Below the pieces are notes generated by a model. It saw nothing but the letters and a program-made list of their open reading frames with translations, searched no databases and was not told the DNA's origin. Shown in pieces: positions 57,801 to 64,000 of a stretch of 64,000 nucleotides of DNA. Location: IMG/VR virus record IMGVR_UViG_3300044695_008744; one strand, written 5' to 3'. The position numbers and the translations under genes are program-made. The stretch is from an uncultured virus (IMG/VR IMGVR_UViG_3300044695_008744) (lineage: Duplodnaviria > Heunggongvirae > Uroviricota > Caudoviricetes). How positions within the stretch are numbered: the first letter of the stretch is position 1; each line of letters starts with the position of its first letter.

Positions 57801-60800
57801 TAATTTCAAGTTTTTCGACAGCTTATGTATGGAATGACATTGCAACATTGTCTCCTAATTATACTATAGGAGGTCTAGGGGCAACAGTGATTGGCACTGT
57901 TGTGCTTAATTCTTATGTAGCCACAGGTGTTCAAACTATTCTTGTAAGAGCAAGCAATGTAACCACTCCTATAAGAATTTATGGTCAATCTTCTTCATCG
58001 GAAATTATAGGCTTAGCAACAGTATATACAGGTAGCAACACTACAAGTATTAATTTTGGGGCAAATTTTGTTTCTGTAAATACATCAGAGCCAATTACAG
58101 CTAGAATAATTTCTTCTGGTAGTGGTGTAGCAACAACGCCTATCAATGTTTACACCTATCCATCTTACAGTGCAATTTTCTATCCTGTTTACAGTGGTCG
58201 AGAAAACTATTTTGCACTTTCTGTTGGAACAAGTTTGCCAGTGAGCATTGGTTTTGCTGTAACTTTTAATAGTGGAGCTGGAATTGCTATAACAGCCACT
58301 CTTTTTGCGCAACAAAATCAAGTGTTGGCAAGCGTAAATCTTGGAACATTTAACACAGATAAGGTAATTTTAGCAGAAGTTGTGGCTTTAGGCTCAATGC
58401 AAACCTATTATGTGACAGGATATGCAAAAACAGGGGACGTTTTTGGTATGGGCTACAATTACTACGGGGAACTTTCATATAATTATCCTGTTTTAGGTCC
58501 AACAAATGGTTCGGCAGATAAGATTGCAATGAATCTTGGAAACATTGTTAAAACTGTATCAGGCTATCATCATAATTTAGCTCTTGATTCATATGGATAT
58601 GTTTATGGTATTGGTTATAATGCATATAATCAAATAGATTCTACTGGTATATCCACAAATGCTTTCAAACTCATCAACACAAATAACACATATGTCAGAG
58701 ACATTTTTGCTCAAGGTAACTCTTCTTACTTTATAACTGCCGATAACAAACTATATGGTTTTGGAGAAAATAATTCATATAGTTTGGGTACTTCAGGGTT
58801 TGCAAGCACAAGTGCTCCTTATCTTATAGCTTCTAATGTTGTTTTAGCTAGTATTATTTATGATAGAGGTGCTTACGTAACCTATGACAACAGGCAAGGA
58901 ATACAATCAGTGTATGAGTTTGGTAATGGAGCAGCTGGAATAACAAGTAAGCCCATCACTACATTGACAGATCAAGGCGTAACAATTCCCATTAGTAATT
59001 TGAGAATTTCAAATATTGATAATGGTCAGTATCATACAGTGGCGTGTGGCATATGGTCAAATCAAACTTTAGGTTTTTCTTCTAGTGGTGTTTTTGCTTG
59101 GGGAAGCAATGCATATTATCAAATAGGAACTTCTATTTCTATTGGCTATATAACAGTGCCTAATATTCTTCATAGATTTACCCAAGGAGGGGTTGATCAT
59201 GTTACACAATCTAATAACATTTACGCTGTTGATAGATTATCTGGTGTTGTTGAAAGTTATATACCTCAGGATCAATACTTTGTAGGCTCTGTAACAATGA
59301 ATACTCAAGGAATTGGATATACAGCAGGAGCAACTGTAACGTTTTCTGCTCCTCCTGTAACCCCATCTTCCGTTACAGCAACAGGTTACGCAGTCACTAA
59401 CGCGATTGGAATTGTTTCATCAGTCCTAATTACTAATCAAGGAGCAGGTTATAATCTTGGAGCAGCTGTTACGTTTTCTCCTCCACCAGCAGGAATAAAT
59501 ACTCGAAATGCTACTGGTACTGTTATTGTAAGCGCCAATAAAGTGGATTCAATTGTTATCACTGATTCTGGTAATGGTTATACTGAAGCCCCAACAGTAT
59601 TTATTTCACCAATAGCTGGTGGCTCAGGAGCGGCAGGAATTTCTTCAATGGCGTATAGCCAAATCACACAAATTATCGTCAGCAATTCTGGTTTTGGTTA
59701 TACAAACGCTCCAACAATAACAATTTCGTCTGTTGTGGGTTCAGGTGCAACAGCCACAGCAAATATCGAAACTATTGCTGAGCCAATTAACATTATTTAT
59801 CAAGTTGGAGTCAGCGTGACTTCGAACGCTACTGGATTTGGTTTAGCTCAAACATCTATCGCTGCTCCTTTATATGTAACAATACCTCAAGTATTACAGC
59901 GTATTTCTAAAAACTCTCAACATTTTGTTTGGACTATGCAATCTGGTTTAGTTTATGTCTCAGGCGGATCAGTGGGTCCGATACCTCTTACACAGTTAAC
60001 AACCACATTTACACAATCTGTTAGGCTGTTTGCACAAAATGAACCTCTCTCTACAAATGAACTTTATAGTTATGTGTGGTCAGCTGGCTCAAACATAACA
60101 ATTTCACTATTTGCTGGGGAAATTGTTCAAACTCTGAGTCAAGTTCCTGTAAAAATCAGTAGCCAAAACCAATGGGGTCCAACTAGTAACAATGAGTGGG
60201 GCTGGGCTTTAACACTCAAAACTGATGGTTCAATCGATTTCTTTAGACAACACCCAACGATTGTTCCTAAGTATGTTCAGAATTATCTACAAAATATTTA
60301 TGGAAATACTTTTGTTGATGTTTGTGCTACAAGCTATTTCAAGCCTACTAGACTTTATGGTGATTCAAACTATGCACCTGTAGCTCTTTCTTATTCAGGA
60401 GGCAACGTATTTGTTATAAGAACTCAAGGCGTAAGCAGTTACAATGTTTACCTTTCTAAGGCATCATCTGTTGCCCCTGTCCTAATTGATTCTGGCTATT
60501 TAAGTTATGAATATGCTAGTTTAAGAACTTATGCAAACTTCGCTGTGGCATACGCTGATGGTACAATTGAGCTTTATGTCCAAACATCTTTTGGGTTTGG
60601 TCATAGCCTTCTCACTTCTTGGAATCCAGATGGATCTCAGATTTCTATTTTAAAGAGTTTAATTAATGCAACCACTGATACGATTGTAAATGTTACATCT
60701 TCAAGTTCAAATTTTGTGTATCTTTATGTTGGAACGCAAAATAGATTACTAAATTGTTATTATGCATGGAATACCAGCTTCTCGGCTTTAGGCTCTTCTG

Positions 60801-61240
60801 CTTCACCAACATTATTGAATTCTGTAACAATAAGTTCAGTGTATGGATATGTAAAATATATTGAATCATTTGTTGATGGCGTAATAATTGCTGCAACATC
60901 AAATAATTATCTGTTAGTCATGGGTGCAACGAATTTAGTTGTTTTTGGCGCAACACTTGTCCCTGGTGAGATCACATCTATTACGTCAAGTTATCCTGAA
61001 TACGGAGTAGCTCCATCTGGTAAACCAACTATTTTTGTTACAACTACATATAATGTTTATGCATATGAAATTAATATCACGCCAAACTATGAAATAGGTT
61101 TGAATTATTATAACATCACTGGAGACTATCAGCTTATGACTCAGAATGGATTCCAAACTGGATCTCCAGTTACAAATATCATAAACACATCAACAAATGA
61201 TACATTCACGCTTTTATTGCGCGAACCAACAAGTTCTTAA
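48824..61240 (+). CDS. giant (4138 aa) tail fibre/baseplate-associated protein with RCC1-like repeats and GxGYTxAPTxTI repeats
   Basis: VLVAGQVDKTTNGVY fibre-type motif; repeats such as ITDSGNGYTEAPTVFI; GDVFGMGYNYYGEL, SGYHHNLAL..GYVYGIGYN, VFAWGSNAYYQIG. Confidence 0.7.
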   Translation: MSWNLQIVPKGLLLSRYIKNVILLNPNNVKNVENNPLILDQYQTYNAANNTANIVFQLAVYNTNPQNQASEPTITSINFIQISNDPLFNEVYYLIPAKFSQAYNLQTDYEVDLSAYSFTQTALPASQSVTFTESSGTGNISIKNWALSGSSGAKKVYFSINANLSDGTNATYPEGLDVYDEIIVCSSFISSPGVPQTLAKSKQNYSSSPLYFEADVASNSGINQIDDYGVASYFWDGLILKTTDNVYRNNYSQENIQLFNSISPKASNLNQEKLPVVFSTTLTTTNWSSSAYKKYITANAFTLTASDNVYFFECYVNNYSNTLNYVSGKSFFYEFNVVNSTGSTKYLRQQLVFDEQFNTLVIYISIDDTTWSSDSSYVPSALYKTITITNPDVIGQITQSGSFITFIELLDSANKILQSKIIFKPQNSTDSFVVSETLFTSNTFNLANAYGEFRFFLQNSTYTTVLESVQYGLCQGAISAAVMPNDKIITDYSSKVENSIYNFNDSAKLNTWFTISNSPASGVVNTTTSTVQLFNNQENDGINNLSAIEIQSSVPTFSVDSTLISRFRVSSANSAVLKTAYSFDSNLNYENFVFNDLLQTSSGVYLPQNNALYEYTTSLSWTGSSRFDLNVFNVGLGQTCSITTTKTNNLFFYSQSNNSGTLTPPTIIKTVSNISSTNIFNAWISTNGISTAFIVQSSLSVKNKGLVPITITSSAGLSTILPGQPFVNSISTNSLQPTQIIVSAPSSSISNSLNFLYDFGKIGTITDLSLKIQIATPPECPSTLPSFQYSVEVSDDFINWTFVSSLTATDTFYPSTGDLLLSFSDIDQENVRYARVRLYYNIAVTFDPRTIYRYSSLQGTISSSSSITNTGKLIFGFTDTSAKNSSLNQLYNQPTYLRKYVTNSSVVNGIIFDFSEYSTTIGGPVYLSLLTETEEKRFYTIANNFSLSTDYTFSFSVQRTNSDNAFHLKPFFTLSGGNLNELSLSLDDILTEPLDTQSLTFGFYPFISLIGNGNATVSYSVFRGTYNHGLSYQKDKTYFSLLSSENPDYTSQYGKNVIAQNTYGITTSAFPQIDTYFSNNSIKQFKYENVTFTVKAASTSPVGLYGQTYIDGIYLDFCDYVLVAGQVDKTTNGVYQVQSQRWVKQSALPSGSNLSEPTVLVSQGNIFENTLWMLDKTSSEWISNVISCPVVIEDNNLLFTGVSSSYKYPQYIKLACSVNGIASQSTSNQVQIKLANSPTEIIQETDQITQWVGLLQNGQLYNIQEKSNSNNTVFMNFGISSSQISGITTNSFPAVYNILTSYAGNFAPAISNNSDFVLPAYGSEYRIFKNASLIYQLFSTYDSVSLSSLSTAVVNSSVYALNFANLKSPQSGYSTDIFIDNVAPTIGIVSVLNDQTKSVTLGVSTALDAGSGLYIARIVQRNPSNELIYGSWFGFNTNSFYGLSTFTAYPSYVSNVNGISTGEPLSGYYRYSLQVADSVGNVAQTNQVESFYYESALVDTQGPGCSVQFVNSQTFEPISISSSTILTAQMFATDTLSQVKAFRYRILPDGEFGNWIDYNEYANIYLPENILDGTLSVQFQFKDFGNNVLYSNSTIINDQVYVYSWNIVSKLINNTLFTVTEVTKYNNNSVLLIGASKQNAATLFVWDNNKLIELQYSGFTGCKAVTALIKVGTQVLIGTDNGSIFTYRNGVVAGPFATLSWGDTPLPISKFEIHSYPEDNTSFVYATTLNIPRIFRTPTDSLRSTSWEVIQPPFISLEKINVLNSGLWSGTQISYTISSSYIPATLSPNYSYGISSVIVASSGSNLPSAPTITVGGPITNLGLQPVMQGSIGQIILIASGQGYSSGATVTIASPATGGSSVQATGVAVTNSLGQIVSIVLTAAGYGYTAQYPAVTITGNSGNGSQATATAITQFDSIYSVTVTSTGIATTSNITLTTSGGAVLIPTFLYRVPSITLTSPGFGYTSSPIVSINGLTTLASSVAQYGSIQSITVSEPDVEFPITLSPSISFIGGASTSFTASLSTTSISFSTGSTDSFLGFVLSSASITTSSVGFGTIPQIVFTGTGTTNIFLPQLEYVLSDDILLYTKSGSIYDIKSFDNKLFVSSSSGDIVEIGYSSGIFSAERHKLNVNSNTFSNIIPVNLAKYNDGISTNLYFSTKEEPYIGKLTKNLNSFIFDSYRDNILLFKPFNFDILSNWQLKKIINDNGFANVSYGDSNNSSVDITTFNAQAFYETTKENTWFNRCITNNDYLVLFDFQAVIGTQSFEISTFNSTLKVAFTVLNNTLQIAFGNNNYSTIEIDLSSNYNIYFAKSSQNLYIYNDSNLIYSEIGFFVTVSAQPVIKFGYIFEPQTVSANGDTLYIFGLPSNAESSQFIWRQIKFSFNSSTNVLPTDYYSLSLPYVMANSSSVRALRNINNSLFAATKSILDRRSTTNLPDVGTKVFRLDNDYWSDVTGNFDTYTASVSTSYVITSPNDINALDNSYFVTGLVKSIPTRQAANTIILGLTSNTIYEEQNGLILTIIYPYNIEPSGKFLFISSTNSNVTVPSSVFFSSSDQVQTVAVGIGSTSVNSNVTLTVTDGDISQSVTANILPIGISTLGFNTNLFVGYSQDSVIANIRLTSVPKTNRTILLSSNNSSVLAAPTNGIATITAGNIGIFTSFSVGTAVASNTSVTIAASYRSTFGIATVVASPFVLSLGVNTNTFVGNESTRKVFVTSSVQKSPIGVLTVNYTSSSSAILSIQPSAVISPASFSTTTQLTIGNAVTTNTQVNLTGRFTGSISTGISTATPFVVTTATTDLSSPVLGLQTSNVTFTINTTPLTNVSVRNIVSSPSFVNMVFPTFSTVLAGTLSTTFAISTTIQTSAGLAITIKGAPFGFNTSPTQGLILSSDVWKITGFSISPTSIVGNGLFANGIGQSYILNVSLNIGLQTTILITSSTGFVSTRNINFLTTSTGSASSIGYATGFSTSAITNVTITATGPNSISSSVSGLFLNPLLISSFSTAYVWNDIATLSPNYTIGGLGATVIGTVVLNSYVATGVQTILVRASNVTTPIRIYGQSSSSEIIGLATVYTGSNTTSINFGANFVSVNTSEPITARIISSGSGVATTPINVYTYPSYSAIFYPVYSGRENYFALSVGTSLPVSIGFAVTFNSGAGIAITATLFAQQNQVLASVNLGTFNTDKVILAEVVALGSMQTYYVTGYAKTGDVFGMGYNYYGELSYNYPVLGPTNGSADKIAMNLGNIVKTVSGYHHNLALDSYGYVYGIGYNAYNQIDSTGISTNAFKLINTNNTYVRDIFAQGNSSYFITADNKLYGFGENNSYSLGTSGFASTSAPYLIASNVVLASIIYDRGAYVTYDNRQGIQSVYEFGNGAAGITSKPITTLTDQGVTIPISNLRISNIDNGQYHTVACGIWSNQTLGFSSSGVFAWGSNAYYQIGTSISIGYITVPNILHRFTQGGVDHVTQSNNIYAVDRLSGVVESYIPQDQYFVGSVTMNTQGIGYTAGATVTFSAPPVTPSSVTATGYAVTNAIGIVSSVLITNQGAGYNLGAAVTFSPPPAGINTRNATGTVIVSANKVDSIVITDSGNGYTEAPTVFISPIAGGSGAAGISSMAYSQITQIIVSNSGFGYTNAPTITISSVVGSGATATANIETIAEPINIIYQVGVSVTSNATGFGLAQTSIAAPLYVTIPQVLQRISKNSQHFVWTMQSGLVYVSGGSVGPIPLTQLTTTFTQSVRLFAQNEPLSTNELYSYVWSAGSNITISLFAGEIVQTLSQVPVKISSQNQWGPTSNNEWGWALTLKTDGSIDFFRQHPTIVPKYVQNYLQNIYGNTFVDVCATSYFKPTRLYGDSNYAPVALSYSGGNVFVIRTQGVSSYNVYLSKASSVAPVLIDSGYLSYEYASLRTYANFAVAYADGTIELYVQTSFGFGHSLLTSWNPDGSQISILKSLINATTDTIVNVTSSSSNFVYLYVGTQNRLLNCYYAWNTSFSALGSSASPTLLNSVTISSVYGYVKYIESFVDGVIIAATSNNYLLVMGATNLVVFGATLVPGEITSITSSYPEYGVAPSGKPTIFVTTTYNVYAYEINITPNYEIGLNYYNITGDYQLMTQNGFQTGSPVTNIINTSTNDTFTLLLREPTSS

Positions 61241-61279
61241 TCTAGGCAAAACCAGTTTAGATCAAGAAAAATAGAATGA

Positions 61280-64000
61280 ATGTTCACCGCAGTTGCCTCA
61301 AATACAAGTTTAACAATTTATTTTCCAGCTACAATCACTGGTGTAAATACAAATCTGATTTATGTATTTGATAATAATGTTTTTAGATCAATTTCATCGT
61401 ATGGAATTGCTTCATCTCAAGTAAATTTTACTTTAAATAAATCTGTAACAGTGGGCGGAACTACCAAAATAAATCTTTATAGGGGTGGAATAAGTTCAGC
61501 AACAGGTTTGTTTACCACATCAGTGATATTTGCCACAAATTCAACAATATATGTTGATAATAATGAGCCATCATTAATTGAAATGATTGAACAAGGCAAT
61601 TATAATTTTACCAGTTATGTTTATTCTAATTTTATCACTGGTATTTCTACAGAAGCTAATTTTCCATCTGCTAACCTCACTTTGAAAAGACAACCACCGT
61701 CTGGTAAAATAACAATTAATGAGGGATATTTAGGGAGCATGAAAGTGCACAGATTTGCCGCATTATCTTCAACAATATTTACAGTGAATGAAGCCAGTTT
61801 TTTTTATGCACCTAAAAACTTTGCGTTTGATTATAATGTTTTTGGAAATCAAACTTTATATTCAATAACTTTAAGTTTTGCTCCAGCTAATGCTTTTGCA
61901 ACAAATTCGAAAGGATATTTCACATTAAATGAAGATTATTTTGATTCACCTTCGCAAGTTGCGCTAGGAATTACAACAATTGTTGATTTAACAGGAATAA
62001 CACAATCTGCTGTTAGATTTACTTTCACTGATCCAGTAGTGCTTTCTGAAGGAAAATATTGGTTTGTTTTCAAGCCCACTCCAAGTGCGAGTTTTGGCTC
62101 TGGAAATCAAATGCAATTAAAACAATCTGTAGCTGACAATTTATATACTACCACTTTCTTAGATTCAGATGATGGTGTTGTTTTTACTTCCACAGAATAC
62201 AACGGTGTTGGTTTTACTGTTATTACAGAACGAGGAATTGTTTTGCCATCTGAAGACGCAATTTATAATCAGTTGAATCAACCTCAAGCAGAAGAAGTGA
62301 TTTATGGAGATGAGTCAAATTTAAATGTTTATGTATCTTTAGCAGTTCCGACATCTGCACACTCAATAAAGAAAAATTTATTAGATGATTCACAGGTGTA
62401 TGCAATCGAAACTCTCATTGACTCTTTAGGTCAAAATCAATACGAAGTGGTTGGAGTAAATTCATCATATTATTCAATGATTGCAAATGCTTTGACACCA
62501 AACATTGTAAGATATGATTTTTACTCTCCTCAAAATATTTATCAAATTAACTTGAATAGCTTGGGGGATTATTACGCTAAAGGAAATCAAGGAACAGTGT
62601 TAGTGTCAGCTTCTGACTTTATTGGTTTGTCAACAATTGAAATTTCCACTTCTCCAAATTTTCCATCTAGTGGTACCACTTCAATCACACTATCTGGCAA
62701 TCCGCAGTTATATTTAGAAAATTTAGATTTTGATTTTGGTGATTTAGGCAAACAATTTGTAGCAGTGCAATACGAAACAGGTAATCCTATTCGAGCAATT
62801 TTTGCAGTGGCAATCAATGGGGTATTTAATTATCTTTTAATTTCTGATTCTGATCTTTATACATATGATCAAACTACTATAACAAATGTCTACACCCTTT
62901 CTAATTCAATCTTTACCACATATTGTGTTGGAACAGAGGGCATTTTATTGGCAGACACAAATGGTGTAATTTATAATTTCAATAATAATGCCATCACAAC
63001 CATTGGTAATGTTGCTAATATTCCTACAGCTTCATCTACGCAAACTACAAACTCATATATTGGTGTTTCTACTTTGTTAGACACATCTTCAGCGCAAAGT
63101 AGAAAAAGAATCTATAAACTTAATAACAATACATTATCTCACTTGTCGTGGTCTACACAAATTCCAGAACCTGAAATTACATTTATTTATTCCACATCAT
63201 TTGGATTAATTATTGGTGCTTTTGAACAAAACAGATCTGTTGGTAAAATATACATTTACTACAATTCTATCCTCACGCTCCAGTATCAAACTTATCTCAG
63301 ACCTGATGTTGCTTTCTTTTCAACTACAACAAATAAACTTTATGTAGCGTTTGCTGGTTCTCAAATTTTATATGCTTCTTACAGCTCAAATAAACTTGGT
63401 AATTTTGAAGATTCAGGTGTTCCAGTTTCAGGAACAGTTGCAAAACAACTTACTGCAACTAAAGACTCTGGATATATTTCAGTGATAACAGATTTTTCAG
63501 CTTATATTTTCAATGAAACTAATTACACAGCTTCTCAGATTACTTCACCAGGTTACTCATCTGATGACCAGAGGGGATTGTTAGTTAGCGTAGAAAATCA
63601 AAATCTTAACCTTTCTTATTATAAATCAAGCTACAAAACACAATCTTTTAGCAATGTACAATTTGATCCTCTTTTAAATGGATATACATCAGCATTTGTT
63701 TACAACGCAAATGGATATATAGTTTTTGATACAATCTCAACTAGTTACACCACTGATTTCTTTTTGCAGTATCCTAATAATTCTTCCATTCAATACATAA
63801 AATTTGATGGGCAAAATTTAAGTTTAGACAATAACACATTTACTCAAACCTTTGAGCCATCTATTCCAAGACAATTCTCATTTGAAATAGTTGGATTAGC
63901 TGTAACAGGCATTGGAACAATTGCGCTCTACAATGGGCTTAATTCTTCCTCTCCTGTGGTGGGGCTATCAAGCTTTGTTGCACCAAAAACAATAAACTGG
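61280..64000 (+). CDS. large virion structural protein, truncated by window end (absent from the ORF track)
   Basis: ATG 61280 (MFTAVASNTSLTIYFPATITG...) after TAGG-N23-AATA; frame spot-checked as open through ...APKTINW at 64000. Confidence 0.7.
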   Translation, partial: MFTAVASNTSLTIYFPATITGVNTNLIYVFDNNVFRSISSYGIASSQVNFTLNKSVTVGGTTKINLYRGGISSATGLFTTSVIFATNSTIYVDNNEPSLIEMIEQGNYNFTSYVYSNFITGISTEANFPSANLTLKRQPPSGKITINEGYLGSMKVHRFAALSSTIFTVNEASFFYAPKNFAFDYNVFGNQTLYSITLSFAPANAFATNSKGYFTLNEDYFDSPSQVALGITTIVDLTGITQSAVRFTFTDPVVLSEGKYWFVFKPTPSASFGSGNQMQLKQSVADNLYTTTFLDSDDGVVFTSTEYNGVGFTVITERGIVLPSEDAIYNQLNQPQAEEVIYGDESNLNVYVSLAVPTSAHSIKKNLLDDSQVYAIETLIDSLGQNQYEVVGVNSSYYSMIANALTPNIVRYDFYSPQNIYQINLNSLGDYYAKGNQGTVLVSASDFIGLSTIEISTSPNFPSSGTTSITLSGNPQLYLENLDFDFGDLGKQFVAVQYETGNPIRAIFAVAINGVFNYLLISDSDLYTYDQTTITNVYTLSNSIFTTYCVGTEGILLADTNGVIYNFNNNAITTIGNVANIPTASSTQTTNSYIGVSTLLDTSSAQSRKRIYKLNNNTLSHLSWSTQIPEPEITFIYSTSFGLIIGAFEQNRSVGKIYIYYNSILTLQYQTYLRPDVAFFSTTTNKLYVAFAGSQILYASYSSNKLGNFEDSGVPVSGTVAKQLTATKDSGYISVITDFSAYIFNETNYTASQITSPGYSSDDQRGLLVSVENQNLNLSYYKSSYKTQSFSNVQFDPLLNGYTSAFVYNANGYIVFDTISTSYTTDFFLQYPNNSSIQYIKFDGQNLSLDNNTFTQTFEPSIPRQFSFEIVGLAVTGIGTIALYNGLNSSSPVVGLSSFVAPKTINW

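Noticed and set aside
61276..61371. ATG at 61276 as the start of the last gene
   Set aside because: That frame closes after 31 codons; the ATG at 61280 opens the long frame
30234..62817. Short antisense or alternate-frame ORFs nested in the giant structural genes (e.g. 47916-48320, 54709-54963, 57118-57372)
   Set aside because: Expected shadows of Ser/Thr/Gly-rich coding sequence with no independent motifs or start signals
1..64000. Stop-codon reassignment as in some jumbo phages
   Set aside because: Very long ORFs are intact in the standard code, TAA, TAG and TGA all end genes at tight junctions, and no suppressor anticodon (CTA/TCA/TTA) is present

Overview
Strongly AT-rich, gene-dense segment of a large (jumbo-type) tailed-phage genome read in the standard genetic code. 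It holds two virion-structure blocks: a minus-strand block at 2.6-17.6 kb (tail-tube-like, neck/DUF1320 and baseplate-like genes) and a plus-strand block at 28-64 kb (very large baseplate/fibre proteins up to 4138 aa, with NHL, RCC1-like and Hint domains). Between them is an accessory region with a secreted barnase/RNase Sa-family ribonuclease, 16 tRNA genes in two arrays (5 + 11), an amidase endolysin, an Ate1/Bpt-type aminoacyl-tRNA-protein transferase and a RusA resolvase. Main finding: each tRNA array is preceded by an unannotated leader (promoter, SD, 17- or 22-codon leader ORF, alternative protector/antiterminator/terminator hairpins, boxA-like site). The codons of each leader ORF match the anticodons of the tRNAs in its own array. 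This looks like ribosome-dependent attenuation that switches on replacement tRNAs when the corresponding host tRNAs fail. All protein calls come from motif recognition by eye; no database searches or folding programs were run.
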